From positions 2,492 through 66,491 of the forward strand of contig JAUYKE010000021.1 in NCBI GenBank assembly GCA_030700125.1: a stretch of DNA of 64,000 nt, written 5' to 3'. This DNA comes from Candidatus Colwellbacteria bacterium (lineage in GTDB: Bacteria; Patescibacteriota; Minisyncoccia; UBA6257; Colwellbacteraceae). Shown here in pieces: positions 11,186-20,948 of this stretch (positions within the stretch are counted from its first letter, which is position 1; the number at the start of each line of letters is the position of its first letter). The notes under the pieces were generated by a model. That model was not told where the DNA came from. It ran no database searches and saw only the letters and a list, made by a program, of their open reading frames with translations. A program made the position numbers and the translations under genes.

Positions 11186-11542
11186 ATGAGCAAGTTCAAC
11201 TTACAGAAACTGACAACGAAAATTAACTCCGCCTACGTTGGTGCTGTCCTTGTCCAACCAGCAAGAGCACTAGGAGAACCAACAGCACCCATTAAGACTG
11301 CTCAAGGGGTTGTAGACGCAATTAACCAAGTAGCCAATTTCTTATTTGCAGTCTTCCTTGCTTTGGCCGTTATCTTCTTGATTGTAGCGGCACTTTTTTA
11401 TCTGACTGCAGCAGGCAATCAGACCCAGCTTGATAAGGCAAAGAATACTTTAATTTATTCCATCGTCGCCATTGTAATCGCCTTGATTGCGGGCGGATTA
11501 ACAGCCTTTATCGGCGATATTTTAGGAACAAGAGCCTTGTAA
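11186..11542 (+). CDS. CPR pilin-like protein (TrbC/VirB2-like)
   Basis: YLTAAGNQTQLDKAKNTLIYSIVAIVI. Confidence 0.82.
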   Translation: MSKFNLQKLTTKINSAYVGAVLVQPARALGEPTAPIKTAQGVVDAINQVANFLFAVFLALAVIFLIVAALFYLTAAGNQTQLDKAKNTLIYSIVAIVIALIAGGLTAFIGDILGTRAL

Positions 11543-11560
11543 TTATACTTGGATACTAGG

Positions 11561-11602
11561 AGGCCCCGGACACGCTTGTACGCGCCGGGGCCTTTCGTTT
11601 TT
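11561..11602 (+). terminator. intrinsic terminator after the pilin genes
   Basis: aggccccgg...ccggggcct stem followed by ttcgttttt. Confidence 0.7.
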
Positions 11603-11624
11603 CATCACCTCCTTTCTAGCTGGT

Positions 11625-12536
11625 CTAGCTGGTCGTGACGGTGGCATCCTCCGCCCCTTGATTGTTGCGAAGACGGAAGATGCCGCGCTTGGTGCCAACG
11701 TACTGCGGCGCTCCCTGCTTGAAGACAAGCGCCGTCCCGTCCCAGAACTCGATTCCGGCCGTCGACCCAAGGGGGTCGAGGTCAACCCGATAGCTCGACC
11801 CTGGCGGGGTTGTGACCCATCCGGTCCAACACCCGCTCTGGAGCTGAACTGTGATCTGCGTCACTCCCTCGCCGAAGTTGTAGGAATCAGGCTCGCCGGG
11901 ACAGACATTGACGTCTATCCCTTTGACCTCCGCCGGCGCCGCCTTCGCGTTCTCGGTTTGCCAGTTCTGGTACCACGGCTCCTTGGAAAAGAAGTGGAGC
12001 GTGAGACCTACGAGAACGATGACGGGAAGCCAGAAAAAGATGATTCTCCAGCCCTTTGATAGACCCAAAGAGAAGAGCATGAGTGCAGCCAGGATCGGGA
12101 TCCCAAGGACAAGTCCCCTGTTGTTCTCGACCGGGACGAAGAAGAAGTACGCCCCGATGGCGATCTCCGTGAGGAGGATGATCCTCAATCCTCGCAATCC
12201 GCTCGCGATGAGGTTCCGGATATCGCCCAGCTTATTGACTGTCGCGATGCCGCCACCGACCACCAGCCCTCCAGCCAGGTAATCCTGGTAGCGAGGTTGG
12301 GTGATCGCCCAGATCACCCAACCGAGGGCGGCAAAGGCTGCGAAGATCACGAGCCCGGTAAGCGCGTGAATCCCCGTCAGGGCCGCCAATGTGAGGGCAA
12401 TTGGTAGCCCGACGATGACCACCGCCGTGTAGCGGATCGCCAGCCGGGCCCATCTGCCACCATGTTCCCATCCGAGCCGGAGGAAGCTAATGGCGTTCCG
12501 AAGCTCTTCGAATAGCCACTGTCCTATAGTTCTCAT
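11625..12536 (-). CDS. hypothetical multi-TM protein with C-terminal extracellular beta domain
   Basis: Several hydrophobic segments then a Cys-containing soluble domain; SD AAGGAGG; ATGA overlap with the upstream gene. Confidence 0.7.
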   Translation of the reverse strand: MRTIGQWLFEELRNAISFLRLGWEHGGRWARLAIRYTAVVIVGLPIALTLAALTGIHALTGLVIFAAFAALGWVIWAITQPRYQDYLAGGLVVGGGIATVNKLGDIRNLIASGLRGLRIILLTEIAIGAYFFFVPVENNRGLVLGIPILAALMLFSLGLSKGWRIIFFWLPVIVLVGLTLHFFSKEPWYQNWQTENAKAAPAEVKGIDVNVCPGEPDSYNFGEGVTQITVQLQSGCWTGWVTTPPGSSYRVDLDPLGSTAGIEFWDGTALVFKQGAPQYVGTKRGIFRLRNNQGAEDATVTTS

Positions 12537-13213
12537 CGCATCCTCCTTTCTCGGAGCTCAGTGAGTCGCCGCTCCCGTTCCTCACGGGATTCCTGGAGTC
12601 GCTGTGCCGACTCGGTAGCCTTCGCGTCGAGTTTCCGAAGCAGCCCAGACTTCCGCTTGGTACCATGGAGTCGCTTTTTCGCACCGTTCTTGAGTCCTTG
12701 CCAGTCGGTCGGCCGACGAGGAGACTTCGGCGGTTTCATGGAATCGCTTAGCTCTTTAAGGAACCTTCGCGTTTCCATGCTCTCCTGCCACTCAGCCTTG
12801 AGCCGCTCGCGCTCAGCATCCTTGTCAGCCGCATTGCGGAGTCGCTCCGCCGCATCTTTGACAAACCGCTCCCCCTCCGTTTTCATGTAGTTCTCATAGA
12901 GGACGGTCCCCGGATCCTTCTTCTTCCGGAAATAGACAGTGCCGAAAATATCGCTAGCATCGCTAGCTATTGCCTCGACACTTGTACCTAGCCATCCTCC
13001 CCGAACTTCGGCTTTCTTCTCAGCCTCGTTGATAACGACAGTGAAAACACGTTCAGCTAGTCCCCCCCGCGACCAGTGGTCGTCCGGGTAACGAGCGGCA
13101 AGCCATTCTGCTCCCCGCTCGATATTCATTCTCATCTCTGGACGTACGGCACTGATGAACCCTCGTAGCGCTCTCGCGCCACCATCCTTTTTGTTTTCTT
13201 TCTCGTCTGGCAT
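12533..13213 (-). CDS. hypothetical charged/coiled-coil protein
   Basis: 226-aa ORF, purine-rich SD, translationally coupled to the next gene. Confidence 0.65.
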   Translation of the reverse strand: MPDEKENKKDGGARALRGFISAVRPEMRMNIERGAEWLAARYPDDHWSRGGLAERVFTVVINEAEKKAEVRGGWLGTSVEAIASDASDIFGTVYFRKKKDPGTVLYENYMKTEGERFVKDAAERLRNAADKDAERERLKAEWQESMETRRFLKELSDSMKPPKSPRRPTDWQGLKNGAKKRLHGTKRKSGLLRKLDAKATESAQRLQESREERERRLTELRERRMR

Positions 13214-13226
13214 CTTAGTTCCCTTT

Positions 13227-13466
13227 CTACTCCGATTCCTCTTCGTCTGATTCTACAGCGGCATTTTCCATCTGGATTTCCACCAGACTGTCTATCTCCC
13301 AGCGAATCTCAGGACAGACATTGCCGCAGACCATGCAGACACCCAGCGTCACAAGCGATCCTTCAGGATCAATTGTGAATTCGGGCATCCAGAGAACAGA
13401 GTGGGTCCCTCGCTCCTCGCACTTAGCGCAAAGAGTTGAGAGAATTGTCCATTCGGGACGAGCCAT
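13227..13466 (-). CDS. small protein with two CxxC motifs (possible zinc ribbon) and acidic tail
   Basis: MARPEW...CAKC...CMVC...ESDEEESE; SD AAGGAG before ATG 13466. Confidence 0.6.
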   Translation of the reverse strand: MARPEWTILSTLCAKCEERGTHSVLWMPEFTIDPEGSLVTLGVCMVCGNVCPEIRWEIDSLVEIQMENAAVESDEEESE

Positions 13467-13640
13467 CTCCCTCTCCTTTCGTCCGTCGTAAGTATTACAG
13501 AGGTGATATTGTTGATTGTTTTTAAAGACCCCCTGCCCATTGCTGGACAGCCTCTCGAGCACAAGGCTCAAGACACCCATTTCTACCATATCCAAACTTA
13601 TTTGTCAATGATTTAAAATTTGATGTATAATATCGACACT

Positions 13641-13712
13641 GGGCAGGTGGCGAAATGGTATACCCCAGTAGTAGTCCGCCGGAGGCGGACACTACGGGGC
13701 AGGCGCGCAATT
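13641..13712 (+). pseudogene. tRNA-Leu-like 5' half with a palindromic element in the D-loop
   Basis: gggcaggtggcgaaatggtata[ccccagtag...ctacggggcagg]cgcgc; removing the insert restores the GCG/CGC D-stem. Confidence 0.7.
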
Positions 13713-13794
13713 GCCCCCGTGGCGGAACTGGTAGACGCGCATGGTTTAGGACCATGTCTCGAAAGAGGTAGGGGTTCAAATCCTCTCGGGGGCA
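13713..13794 (+). tRNA. tRNA-Leu(UAG)
   Basis: CATGG-TT-TAG-GA-CCATG anticodon arm; long variable arm. Confidence 0.93.
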
Positions 13795-13848
13795 CAAAAA
13801 TTTTATCAAAAAGAAAACCCCACCAGTCCGGGACGGACTGGCGGGGCG

Positions 13849-15183
13849 CTAGAAGTGACAAGAACTTTCACGGAGCTCACCCGGCCCGTCAAAGAGCATG
13901 AGGCAGGCCGAGGCGAATGTCTTTGTCTTCGCCTCGAATTCAACGAGGGCAAATCCGTAAAGCTGCTCTACCGCGTGAACGAAACCGCCGGCACCGCTCG
14001 TTCCCGGTGAGACAGAAATCACCGTACCGGATCTTTCAAAGAACTGACGGTGATCATGCCCCGAGACAAAAACGAGCGGCAACTCGATTTCCTCCGCGTA
14101 GCGTGCCGCACATTCACCGACCTCGGGATTGTGGACGAGGATAATCAGTGCATCTGTTTTCGCAAACTCCCTCTCGAGCTTGCGGCAGATTTCCGAAAAC
14201 GACATTTCTGCCAGTTTCGGATCCCGGTCGTCAATGCCTCCAAGCGGATCGCTCTCGCCGATGATTCTTATGCCGCGAATTTCGGTAAGAGCGCCGTTCT
14301 CGAGCAGGCGGATGTTGGACGCCTCCTTCACTCTCTGGATAGCCGCTTCGTCCTCGTGATTTCCGGCGACAAGGATGTAGGGTATCCCATTGTCGCTACT
14401 CCGGACGAAGAAATCGGCTTCCATTGCTGTTCCTCGATCGGTGAAGTCACCGGCATCGAGAACAGCATCTACCTTGAAGCTCTTCGCTAACTCGCGCGCC
14501 ATCGCCATCCCCAGCGGGTTATTGTGGAGGTCTGAAACGAGCAGGAACTTGACGGTTGGAGGTGTTGGCACCTCTGCCCCGGTTGTTACCTGTTCGTGGA
14601 GACGCACAAGCCCGGCGATCACTTCGTTGAAGGTAAGCTGCGCCTTATCCCAGTCTTCTTGGATTTCCGTCACTAGCCGGAAAATCCGCGGGGCATCTTG
14701 AATCGGCCCCCTATAGGACGGGTTGCGAAGCGATTGAGGGTTAAAGGTGAGGGCGGCTACAGTTCCGAGGATTGTCACAACGACAAAAGTCGAAACGATA
14801 GAGAGGGCGGCTCCGATAATCCGCCTCCGTGGCGGACCATTAATGGCGACTACTCCGAAGAGGCCGCCAAAGAGCAGAAGCCAGAGCAACTTAGCCCAGA
14901 TTAGCTTCCACGTCAGACCGCCGAAATCCTCCGGTTGGGGCAGAGTCTCGGCGCTATCTCCGACAACAAACACCGCCTCGACGTTCAAGGGGCCATAGTG
15001 GGTTCCCCAGGATAGCTCACCGAGCGGACCGAGACCGAGCTTGAGCTCGCCTCCGGGGATGGCTGGTGCCAGCCGTAATGAGAGCTTGCCCGTTTCAAGA
15101 TGAAACACCGTCGGGCTTACGAGCTCCACGCTGACGAAAACCAAAAAAGCCACCAGCACGATTCGAATGATTGCCGATTTCAC
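13849..15183 (-). CDS. membrane-anchored calcineurin-like metallophosphoesterase
   Basis: SDLH, DAGDFTD, AGNHE, LVH, SGHDH motifs; N-terminal TMs; GGAGG SD. Confidence 0.85.
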   Translation of the reverse strand: MKSAIIRIVLVAFLVFVSVELVSPTVFHLETGKLSLRLAPAIPGGELKLGLGPLGELSWGTHYGPLNVEAVFVVGDSAETLPQPEDFGGLTWKLIWAKLLWLLLFGGLFGVVAINGPPRRRIIGAALSIVSTFVVVTILGTVAALTFNPQSLRNPSYRGPIQDAPRIFRLVTEIQEDWDKAQLTFNEVIAGLVRLHEQVTTGAEVPTPPTVKFLLVSDLHNNPLGMAMARELAKSFKVDAVLDAGDFTDRGTAMEADFFVRSSDNGIPYILVAGNHEDEAAIQRVKEASNIRLLENGALTEIRGIRIIGESDPLGGIDDRDPKLAEMSFSEICRKLEREFAKTDALIILVHNPEVGECAARYAEEIELPLVFVSGHDHRQFFERSGTVISVSPGTSGAGGFVHAVEQLYGFALVEFEAKTKTFASACLMLFDGPGELRESSCHF

Positions 15184-15295
15184 ATTCACCTCCTTCCTGT
15201 CAAAGGGCTTAATTACCATGCGGTAATAACTGCCAGGATGCTATTTTGTGCCTTCCACGTCAAGCCATTCCCTCCTCCGGCACAATTTCAAACCT

Positions 15296-15324
15296 TTGAC
15301 AAAAAAATTAAAAGTTGGTATCAT
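15296..15324 (+). promoter_or_regulatory. sigma70 promoter of rpsO-NYN-pnp
   Basis: TTGACA-17 bp-TATCAT with TG extension. Confidence 0.75.
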
Positions 15325-15334
15325 TAAAGTCCGT

Positions 15335-15610
15335 ATGATCACTCCAAAAAAGAAAAAGGAAATTATCAATGAATTCGGAATTCACGAGACAGACACCGGC
15401 TCAGCCCAAGTTCAGGTCGCTGTAAACACTCGTCGGATTAAGGAGCTCGTATCTCACCTAAAAAAACACCCCAAAGACAAACACTCTCGCAGAGGTCTTT
15501 TAGCTATGGTCAACCAGAGGAGAAAATTTTTAAATTATCTTTTTAGCACCTCGCCCAGAAGCTATAACGCCATTATTAAAAAGCTGGGACTTAAAAAGAG
15601 AACGTCTTAG
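15335..15610 (+). CDS. rpsO: 30S ribosomal protein S15
   Basis: DTGSAQVQVA...HPKDKHSRRGLL. Confidence 0.96.
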   Translation: MITPKKKKEIINEFGIHETDTGSAQVQVAVNTRRIKELVSHLKKHPKDKHSRRGLLAMVNQRRKFLNYLFSTSPRSYNAIIKKLGLKKRTS

Positions 15611-15619
15611 CCCAGAGAA

Positions 15620-16225
15620 ATGTCACTTATTCCCAATAAGGAACAACGAGTCGGGATTTTCATTGATATTCAGAATCTCTACCACTCGGCTAAAAACCTC
15701 TATGGCGGCCGCGTCAACTATAATGAGCTTATCAAACAGCTTATCGACGGTCGCCGATTGGTAAGAGCCCTCGCTTATGTGGTAAAAAGCACTCCTGAAA
15801 CCGGCGAGGAAAGCTTTTTCGACGCCCTAGAGAAGTCCGGTATTGAACTCCGAAGCAAAGAAATTCAGGTTTTCTCAAGTGGCGTGAAGAAAGCCGATTG
15901 GGACGTTGGGATTGCCGTCGACGCCATCAGAATGGCCGACATGCTGGACGTTGTAATTCTTGTTTCCGGTGACGGCGATTTCCTCCCTCTGGTAAATTAC
16001 CTCCAGTGGGGATTAGGAAAAGGAGTGGAGGTGGCCGCTTTTGGCCGCACTTCCTCTTCCCGCCTTAGAGAATCGGCCGATCGGTTTCTTGACTTGGATA
16101 GCGCCCCTCGCATGGTGTTCAAAACAACTAGGAAAACGAATTTAAACTCAGGCATAGTAAGACCGACCCGAAAAATCCGCATTCCGCGCGCCGCCGAAGG
16201 CGGGCCTCGCCAAAGGCAGGAATAA
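15620..16225 (+). CDS. NYN domain (LabA/DUF88) PIN-like protein
   Basis: FIDIQNL, KADWDVGIAVD, SGDGDF. Confidence 0.9.
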   Translation: MSLIPNKEQRVGIFIDIQNLYHSAKNLYGGRVNYNELIKQLIDGRRLVRALAYVVKSTPETGEESFFDALEKSGIELRSKEIQVFSSGVKKADWDVGIAVDAIRMADMLDVVILVSGDGDFLPLVNYLQWGLGKGVEVAAFGRTSSSRLRESADRFLDLDSAPRMVFKTTRKTNLNSGIVRPTRKIRIPRAAEGGPRQRQE

Positions 16226-16295
16226 CCCGCAGTTGCTTTTGGATAACTCCGATACGGTCGGTTATTAGGGTTGTCATTAAGAATATTTAGAAGAA

Positions 16296-18404
16296 ATGGA
16301 TTTAAAAAGAAAAAAATTTACTAAGAAAATAGCTGATCAAGATCTTACTCTTGAGATTTCCCCATTAGCGGAGAGAACCAACGCGGCAGTACTCGCCACT
16401 TATGGCGAAACATCAGTGCTCGTAACCGCCGTTATGGAGCCGAAAGATCGAGAGATTAATTACCTGCCGCTCGCCGTTGATTACGAAGAAAAATTCTACG
16501 CCGCCGGAAAAATCTTGGGCAGTCGCTTTATTCGGCGGGAAGGGAGGCCATCGGATGAAGCCATTTTATCCGGCCGGGTGATTGACCGGACGATTAGGCC
16601 CCTTTTTGACCATCGGATTAGGCGACCTCTCCAAATAGTGGTAACCGTTCTTTCCTATGACGAAGAAAACGATCCGGTTTTTCCGGCGCTTATCGCCGCC
16701 TCCACCGCACTGGGCATTTCAGATATTCCTTGGAATGGCCCGGTTGCGGGTGTAGGAGCGGCTAAAGTTGGTGATCAAATCATTCTTAATGCGAGGAATA
16801 GCGACCTAAGGAACGGCGGCTTGGAGTTTGACGCTTTTATTGCCGGCACGGATAGCGCCATTAACATGATCGAGCTTGCCGGGGACTCTGCCCAAGAAGC
16901 GAATGTTGTGGAAGCCGCCGGCAAGGCTCTCGCTAGCATCAACGAATTAGTTTCTTGGCAGAACGAAATTATTAGAGAGATTGGCCAGCCCAAAGCAGAA
17001 TTGAAACTTAAAGAGCCGAAAGCGGAACTCGTAGAAGCGGTAAAATCATTTTTGCGAGATAAGCTCGAGGCCGCGGTTTACGTAAAAGGAGATGGGCATT
17101 ACTCCGAAGCATTAAATAAAGTCAAAGCTGATCTAATCGACCACCTGCAATCATTGAACCTCGGCAATGAAGATCTAGAGGATGCTGATTCGCTTTTTGA
17201 GGATGAATTAGAAGAATTGGTCTCGCGGAATGTTCTTGACTCCGGCCGACGCCCCGACGGGCGGAAACCGAATGAAGTTCGACTTCTCCACTCCGAAGTG
17301 GCGCTTTTCCCGCGAGTCCACGGTTCGGCCCTTTTTATTCGGGGAAATACCCAGGCTTTGGCTATGAGCACCTTAGGAGCGCCCGGCGCCGAGCAATTAA
17401 TTGAAACAATGGAGCTCTCCGGTAAAAAAAGATTCTTGCTCCACTACAATTTCCCTCCATATTCAGTTGGAGAAGCAAGATCTTTCCGAGGGCCGGGAAG
17501 AAGAGACATCGGCCACGGAGCACTCGCGGAAAAAGCCATCCTTCCCCTTATTCCCACGGCAGATAAGTTTCCTTATACGGTGCGGGTTGTCTCAGAAATT
17601 TTATCCTCTAATGGTTCCTCCTCAATGGCTACCGTTTCAGCGGTGAGTTTAAGCTTGATGGACGCCGGCGTGCCGATTAGAGAACCGGCGGCTGGCATTG
17701 CTATCGGACTGATCACTGCCGCTGACGGCCGCTATAAATTACTGACTGATATTCAAGGCCCCGAAGACCACCACGGTGATATGGATCTCAAGGCCGCTGG
17801 TACAAAGAACGGTATTAACGCCATTCAAATGGATGTGAAGATTAACGGCATTACTTTAGAGATATTAAAAGGAGCGCTTGATGAGGCGAAGAGTGCCCGG
17901 CTTCATATTTTGGACCATATGGGTCAAGTCCTCCCCAAGCCAAGAGCCGAACTATCTAAATACGCTCCTAAGATTATTACTTTCAGCATTGACCCGACTC
18001 GTATCGGCGAGGTTATCGGTCCGGGCGGAAAAATAATTAATGGCATCATCGCGAGAACCGGAATCAAGTCAATTGACATTGACGACAACGGCCAGGTGTT
18101 CGTCTCCGGTCACGATATGGAACTTGTTAATCAGGCCGTTTCAGAGATTAAAGCCATAGTAAAAGAGTTTGAAGTGGGCGAAATAGTTAAAGGAAAAGTA
18201 TTTAAAGTTTTCGACTTCGGGGCATTGGTGGACATCGGTGGAGGCAAAAGCGGTCTAATCCACGTTTCCGAACTGAAAAACGAATTCGTCAAAGAAGTAA
18301 CTGACGTAGTGAAGATCGGCGACTCTGTCACCGCCAAGGTAATTAAGATAGAGAACGGAAGAGTGGATCTTTCCCTCAAGCGAATGGAATCTACCCAATC
18401 TTAA
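16296..18404 (+). CDS. pnp: polyribonucleotide nucleotidyltransferase
   Basis: RREGRP, HYNFPPYSVGE, SNGSSSMA, GDMDLK; KH and S1 domains. Confidence 0.98.
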   Translation: MDLKRKKFTKKIADQDLTLEISPLAERTNAAVLATYGETSVLVTAVMEPKDREINYLPLAVDYEEKFYAAGKILGSRFIRREGRPSDEAILSGRVIDRTIRPLFDHRIRRPLQIVVTVLSYDEENDPVFPALIAASTALGISDIPWNGPVAGVGAAKVGDQIILNARNSDLRNGGLEFDAFIAGTDSAINMIELAGDSAQEANVVEAAGKALASINELVSWQNEIIREIGQPKAELKLKEPKAELVEAVKSFLRDKLEAAVYVKGDGHYSEALNKVKADLIDHLQSLNLGNEDLEDADSLFEDELEELVSRNVLDSGRRPDGRKPNEVRLLHSEVALFPRVHGSALFIRGNTQALAMSTLGAPGAEQLIETMELSGKKRFLLHYNFPPYSVGEARSFRGPGRRDIGHGALAEKAILPLIPTADKFPYTVRVVSEILSSNGSSSMATVSAVSLSLMDAGVPIREPAAGIAIGLITAADGRYKLLTDIQGPEDHHGDMDLKAAGTKNGINAIQMDVKINGITLEILKGALDEAKSARLHILDHMGQVLPKPRAELSKYAPKIITFSIDPTRIGEVIGPGGKIINGIIARTGIKSIDIDDNGQVFVSGHDMELVNQAVSEIKAIVKEFEVGEIVKGKVFKVFDFGALVDIGGGKSGLIHVSELKNEFVKEVTDVVKIGDSVTAKVIKIENGRVDLSLKRMESTQS

Positions 18405-18508
18405 AAAAGAAGACGCCCTCGTTTTGCTCTTCGGGGTTTGTCATTTGGTGCTTGTGATTTGTGATTTTCCAAAACTGTCCACAGTTTTGGTGTGCTATCA
18501 TTAACCTA

Positions 18509-19543
18509 ATGAATGGAGAGAATAAGCCGATAGGGCCGGCACCTTTGCCCGACAATACACCTTCACCATTTGGCGGACCGCCTACGCCACCCCCGCCACC
18601 GTCATCGGGGTCAAGTAGATCTACCCCAGCCGGAGCGTCGGGACCTCCGCCTCCGCCTCAAATTGATATTAGGACCATGGCCAGTGATAGAGAATCACTC
18701 CAGCGGAGCGGCGGCCTCGGCACCGAACCAAAAACTTTCAGCCCGGCTGATCTGTCCAAAGAGCCAGTCTTCAATACAGGGATTACATCCCCTGCCGGCG
18801 TTGTCGAAAAAGGTGCGGGTGGTAAGAAAATAGGGATAGCAGTCGGCGCTATTGCCATTCTCGCCCTCGCCGGCGCTATCGGTTATTACCTTGTTTGGCC
18901 CAACTTTTCCGGCAAAGAAGAGCCACAAGTTACTAAAGTCACTCCTCCGGCACTTCTTCCCGCCGAACCAACCCCACCCGCCCCAACTTCTCAAAGCTTC
19001 TTCACTAAGCCAGCGGCTAGCACTGAGCAGATAAACTTAAGTACCTTAACGCTTGCGGAGCTCTCTGGTGCTTTGAAGACTCAACCGGGAGAAGAATCAA
19101 TGGCTGCCGGAACAGTTAAAGAAGTTATTTTGAAAGTTAATAATGCCTCGGCGACCTCTTCAGCCCTACTTAATGTTCTCGTTCCGGGAACCGGTCTTGA
19201 ATCAATGCTTGAGTCAGGCGCTACGAACTTCGTCTATTACGACGCTAAAGGAGCTTGGCCCGGCTACGTCTTCAAGCTTAAAAGCGGCACCAACCCTGCT
19301 GCCGCCCAAACATCAACCGCAAAAATAGAGCAGTCAACAAGTCTCGCCGCTCTCTACCTAGCGAGTCCTGGCACGGCAAGCACGGGTGGTTTTAAGAACG
19401 GCTCTGCCGGCGCAATAAAGACTCGCTACCTCTCCTTCGCTAGCGGCGCCTCATTTAATTACGGCTGGGTCAATAATTACTTAGTGATAAGTACTTCTTT
19501 CGACGGCTTCAAGAAAGCGGCTGCATTACTGCCATCCCAATAG
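18509..19543 (+). CDS. hypothetical single-TM protein with Pro-rich N-terminus
   Basis: Pro-rich tract, IRTMASD motif, one TM and a C-terminal extracellular domain. Confidence 0.75.
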   Translation: MNGENKPIGPAPLPDNTPSPFGGPPTPPPPPSSGSSRSTPAGASGPPPPPQIDIRTMASDRESLQRSGGLGTEPKTFSPADLSKEPVFNTGITSPAGVVEKGAGGKKIGIAVGAIAILALAGAIGYYLVWPNFSGKEEPQVTKVTPPALLPAEPTPPAPTSQSFFTKPAASTEQINLSTLTLAELSGALKTQPGEESMAAGTVKEVILKVNNASATSSALLNVLVPGTGLESMLESGATNFVYYDAKGAWPGYVFKLKSGTNPAAAQTSTAKIEQSTSLAALYLASPGTASTGGFKNGSAGAIKTRYLSFASGASFNYGWVNNYLVISTSFDGFKKAAALLPSQ

Positions 19544-19545
19544 GT

Positions 19546-19617
19546 TTGACTTTTCGTTAAAGTTAAATTACACTGTTGCTATTGATGAAAGTCCGCTTTA
19601 AGCGGACTTTCTACTTT
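19546..19617 (+). promoter_or_regulatory. nusA promoter and leader hairpin (possible attenuator)
   Basis: TTGACT-17-TACACT, then gaaagtccgc-ttta-gcggactttc followed by tacttt. Confidence 0.65.
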
Positions 19618-19621
19618 AATC

Positions 19622-20926
19622 ATGGACCTAAAAGCATTAGTTCAAACAGTTAATCAAATTGCCGAAGAAAAAGGGATTGAATCGGCACGAGTGCTCGAGG
19701 CAATCGAGAGCGCTCTCGCTTCCGCTTACAAAAAAGAATACGGCAAGAGAGAATACAACATTAAAGCCAAACTGGATTCAGAAACCGGTGAGGTAAACTT
19801 CTTTCAGGTTAAGGAAGTGGTTGATGAGACTACTGTTAATACTTCTGTCGATGAGGAAGAAATCGAAAGCGCTGAAACGCATCCGTCTCCGCCAGCTGAC
19901 GGATCGGGCGGAGAAGTAAAGCTGCCTCGCTACAACGAACACCGGCATATCTTCTTAAAAGAAGCCCTAGAAATTAAGCCCGATGCCAAACTTGGTGATG
20001 AACTGGAATTTCCTTTACCTGAAGAGGCAAATTTTGGCCGGATTGCGGCGCAAACGGCCAAGCAAACCATTCTCCAGCGCTTGCGAGAGGCCGAGCGGGA
20101 GTCAATTATGTCCGAGTTCAAAGACAGAGAAGGCGACATTGTAAGCGGCGTAATTCAGCGGTTTGAACGAGGTAACGTCTACATTGATCTGGGGCGCACC
20201 AACGGCATTATGTTTGCCAATGAATCCATCCCGGGCGAGCATTATCGAGTGGGAGAGAGATTAAGATTTTATGTTCTGGGAGTTCAGAGCGAGTCAAGAA
20301 CCCCCGGCATTATTCTCTCGAGAGCCCATCCTAATTTTGTAGCCAAGCTTTTTGAACGGGAGATTCCGGAAATTACCGACGGCGTAGTGGAGATTAAAGC
20401 AATTGCGAGGGAGGTCGGATCCCGAACCAAGGTAGCTGTTAGGTCAAATACTGAAGGAGTTGACCCTGTGGGCAGTTGCGTCGGCCAGCGGGGCACAAGA
20501 ATCATGGCAATTACCAACGAGATTGGCCAAGAAAAGCTTGATGTTGTTTTATGGTCCGATGACCCGGCCGAATTTGTCGGCAACGCTTTGAATCCCGCTA
20601 AGGTAAAATCCGTAGAGGTTAGCGGTGCGAGAGAGGCGAGAGTCCTTGTGATCGATGATCAGTTGAGTTTAGCCATTGGAAAAGGCGGTCAGAACGTTCG
20701 ACTAGCGGCTAAATTAACCGGCTGGAAAATTGATGTAAGGCCGCAAGCCAGGCCGGAAGAAGTGCAAGCTGGCGGAGTGGCTGAAAGAGAGGTAGAAGCC
20801 GAAGATAGTGAAACCACGGAAGCCATGGATTCGGCCCATTCAACAAGTTCAGGGCAAGCAAGCTCACCACGGGTTGAAGAAGAAGAGAAACCAATCTATC
20901 ATAAGCCTGTTGAAGACGACGAATAG
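19622..20926 (+). CDS. nusA: transcription termination factor NusA
   Basis: FGRIAAQTAKQ, S1 and KH domains, AIGKGGQNVRLAAKLTGWKID. Confidence 0.97.
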   Translation: MDLKALVQTVNQIAEEKGIESARVLEAIESALASAYKKEYGKREYNIKAKLDSETGEVNFFQVKEVVDETTVNTSVDEEEIESAETHPSPPADGSGGEVKLPRYNEHRHIFLKEALEIKPDAKLGDELEFPLPEEANFGRIAAQTAKQTILQRLREAERESIMSEFKDREGDIVSGVIQRFERGNVYIDLGRTNGIMFANESIPGEHYRVGERLRFYVLGVQSESRTPGIILSRAHPNFVAKLFEREIPEITDGVVEIKAIAREVGSRTKVAVRSNTEGVDPVGSCVGQRGTRIMAITNEIGQEKLDVVLWSDDPAEFVGNALNPAKVKSVEVSGAREARVLVIDDQLSLAIGKGGQNVRLAAKLTGWKIDVRPQARPEEVQAGGVAEREVEAEDSETTEAMDSAHSTSSGQASSPRVEEEEKPIYHKPVEDDE

Positions 20927-20948
20927 CTCGACAAACTCATCATAAATA

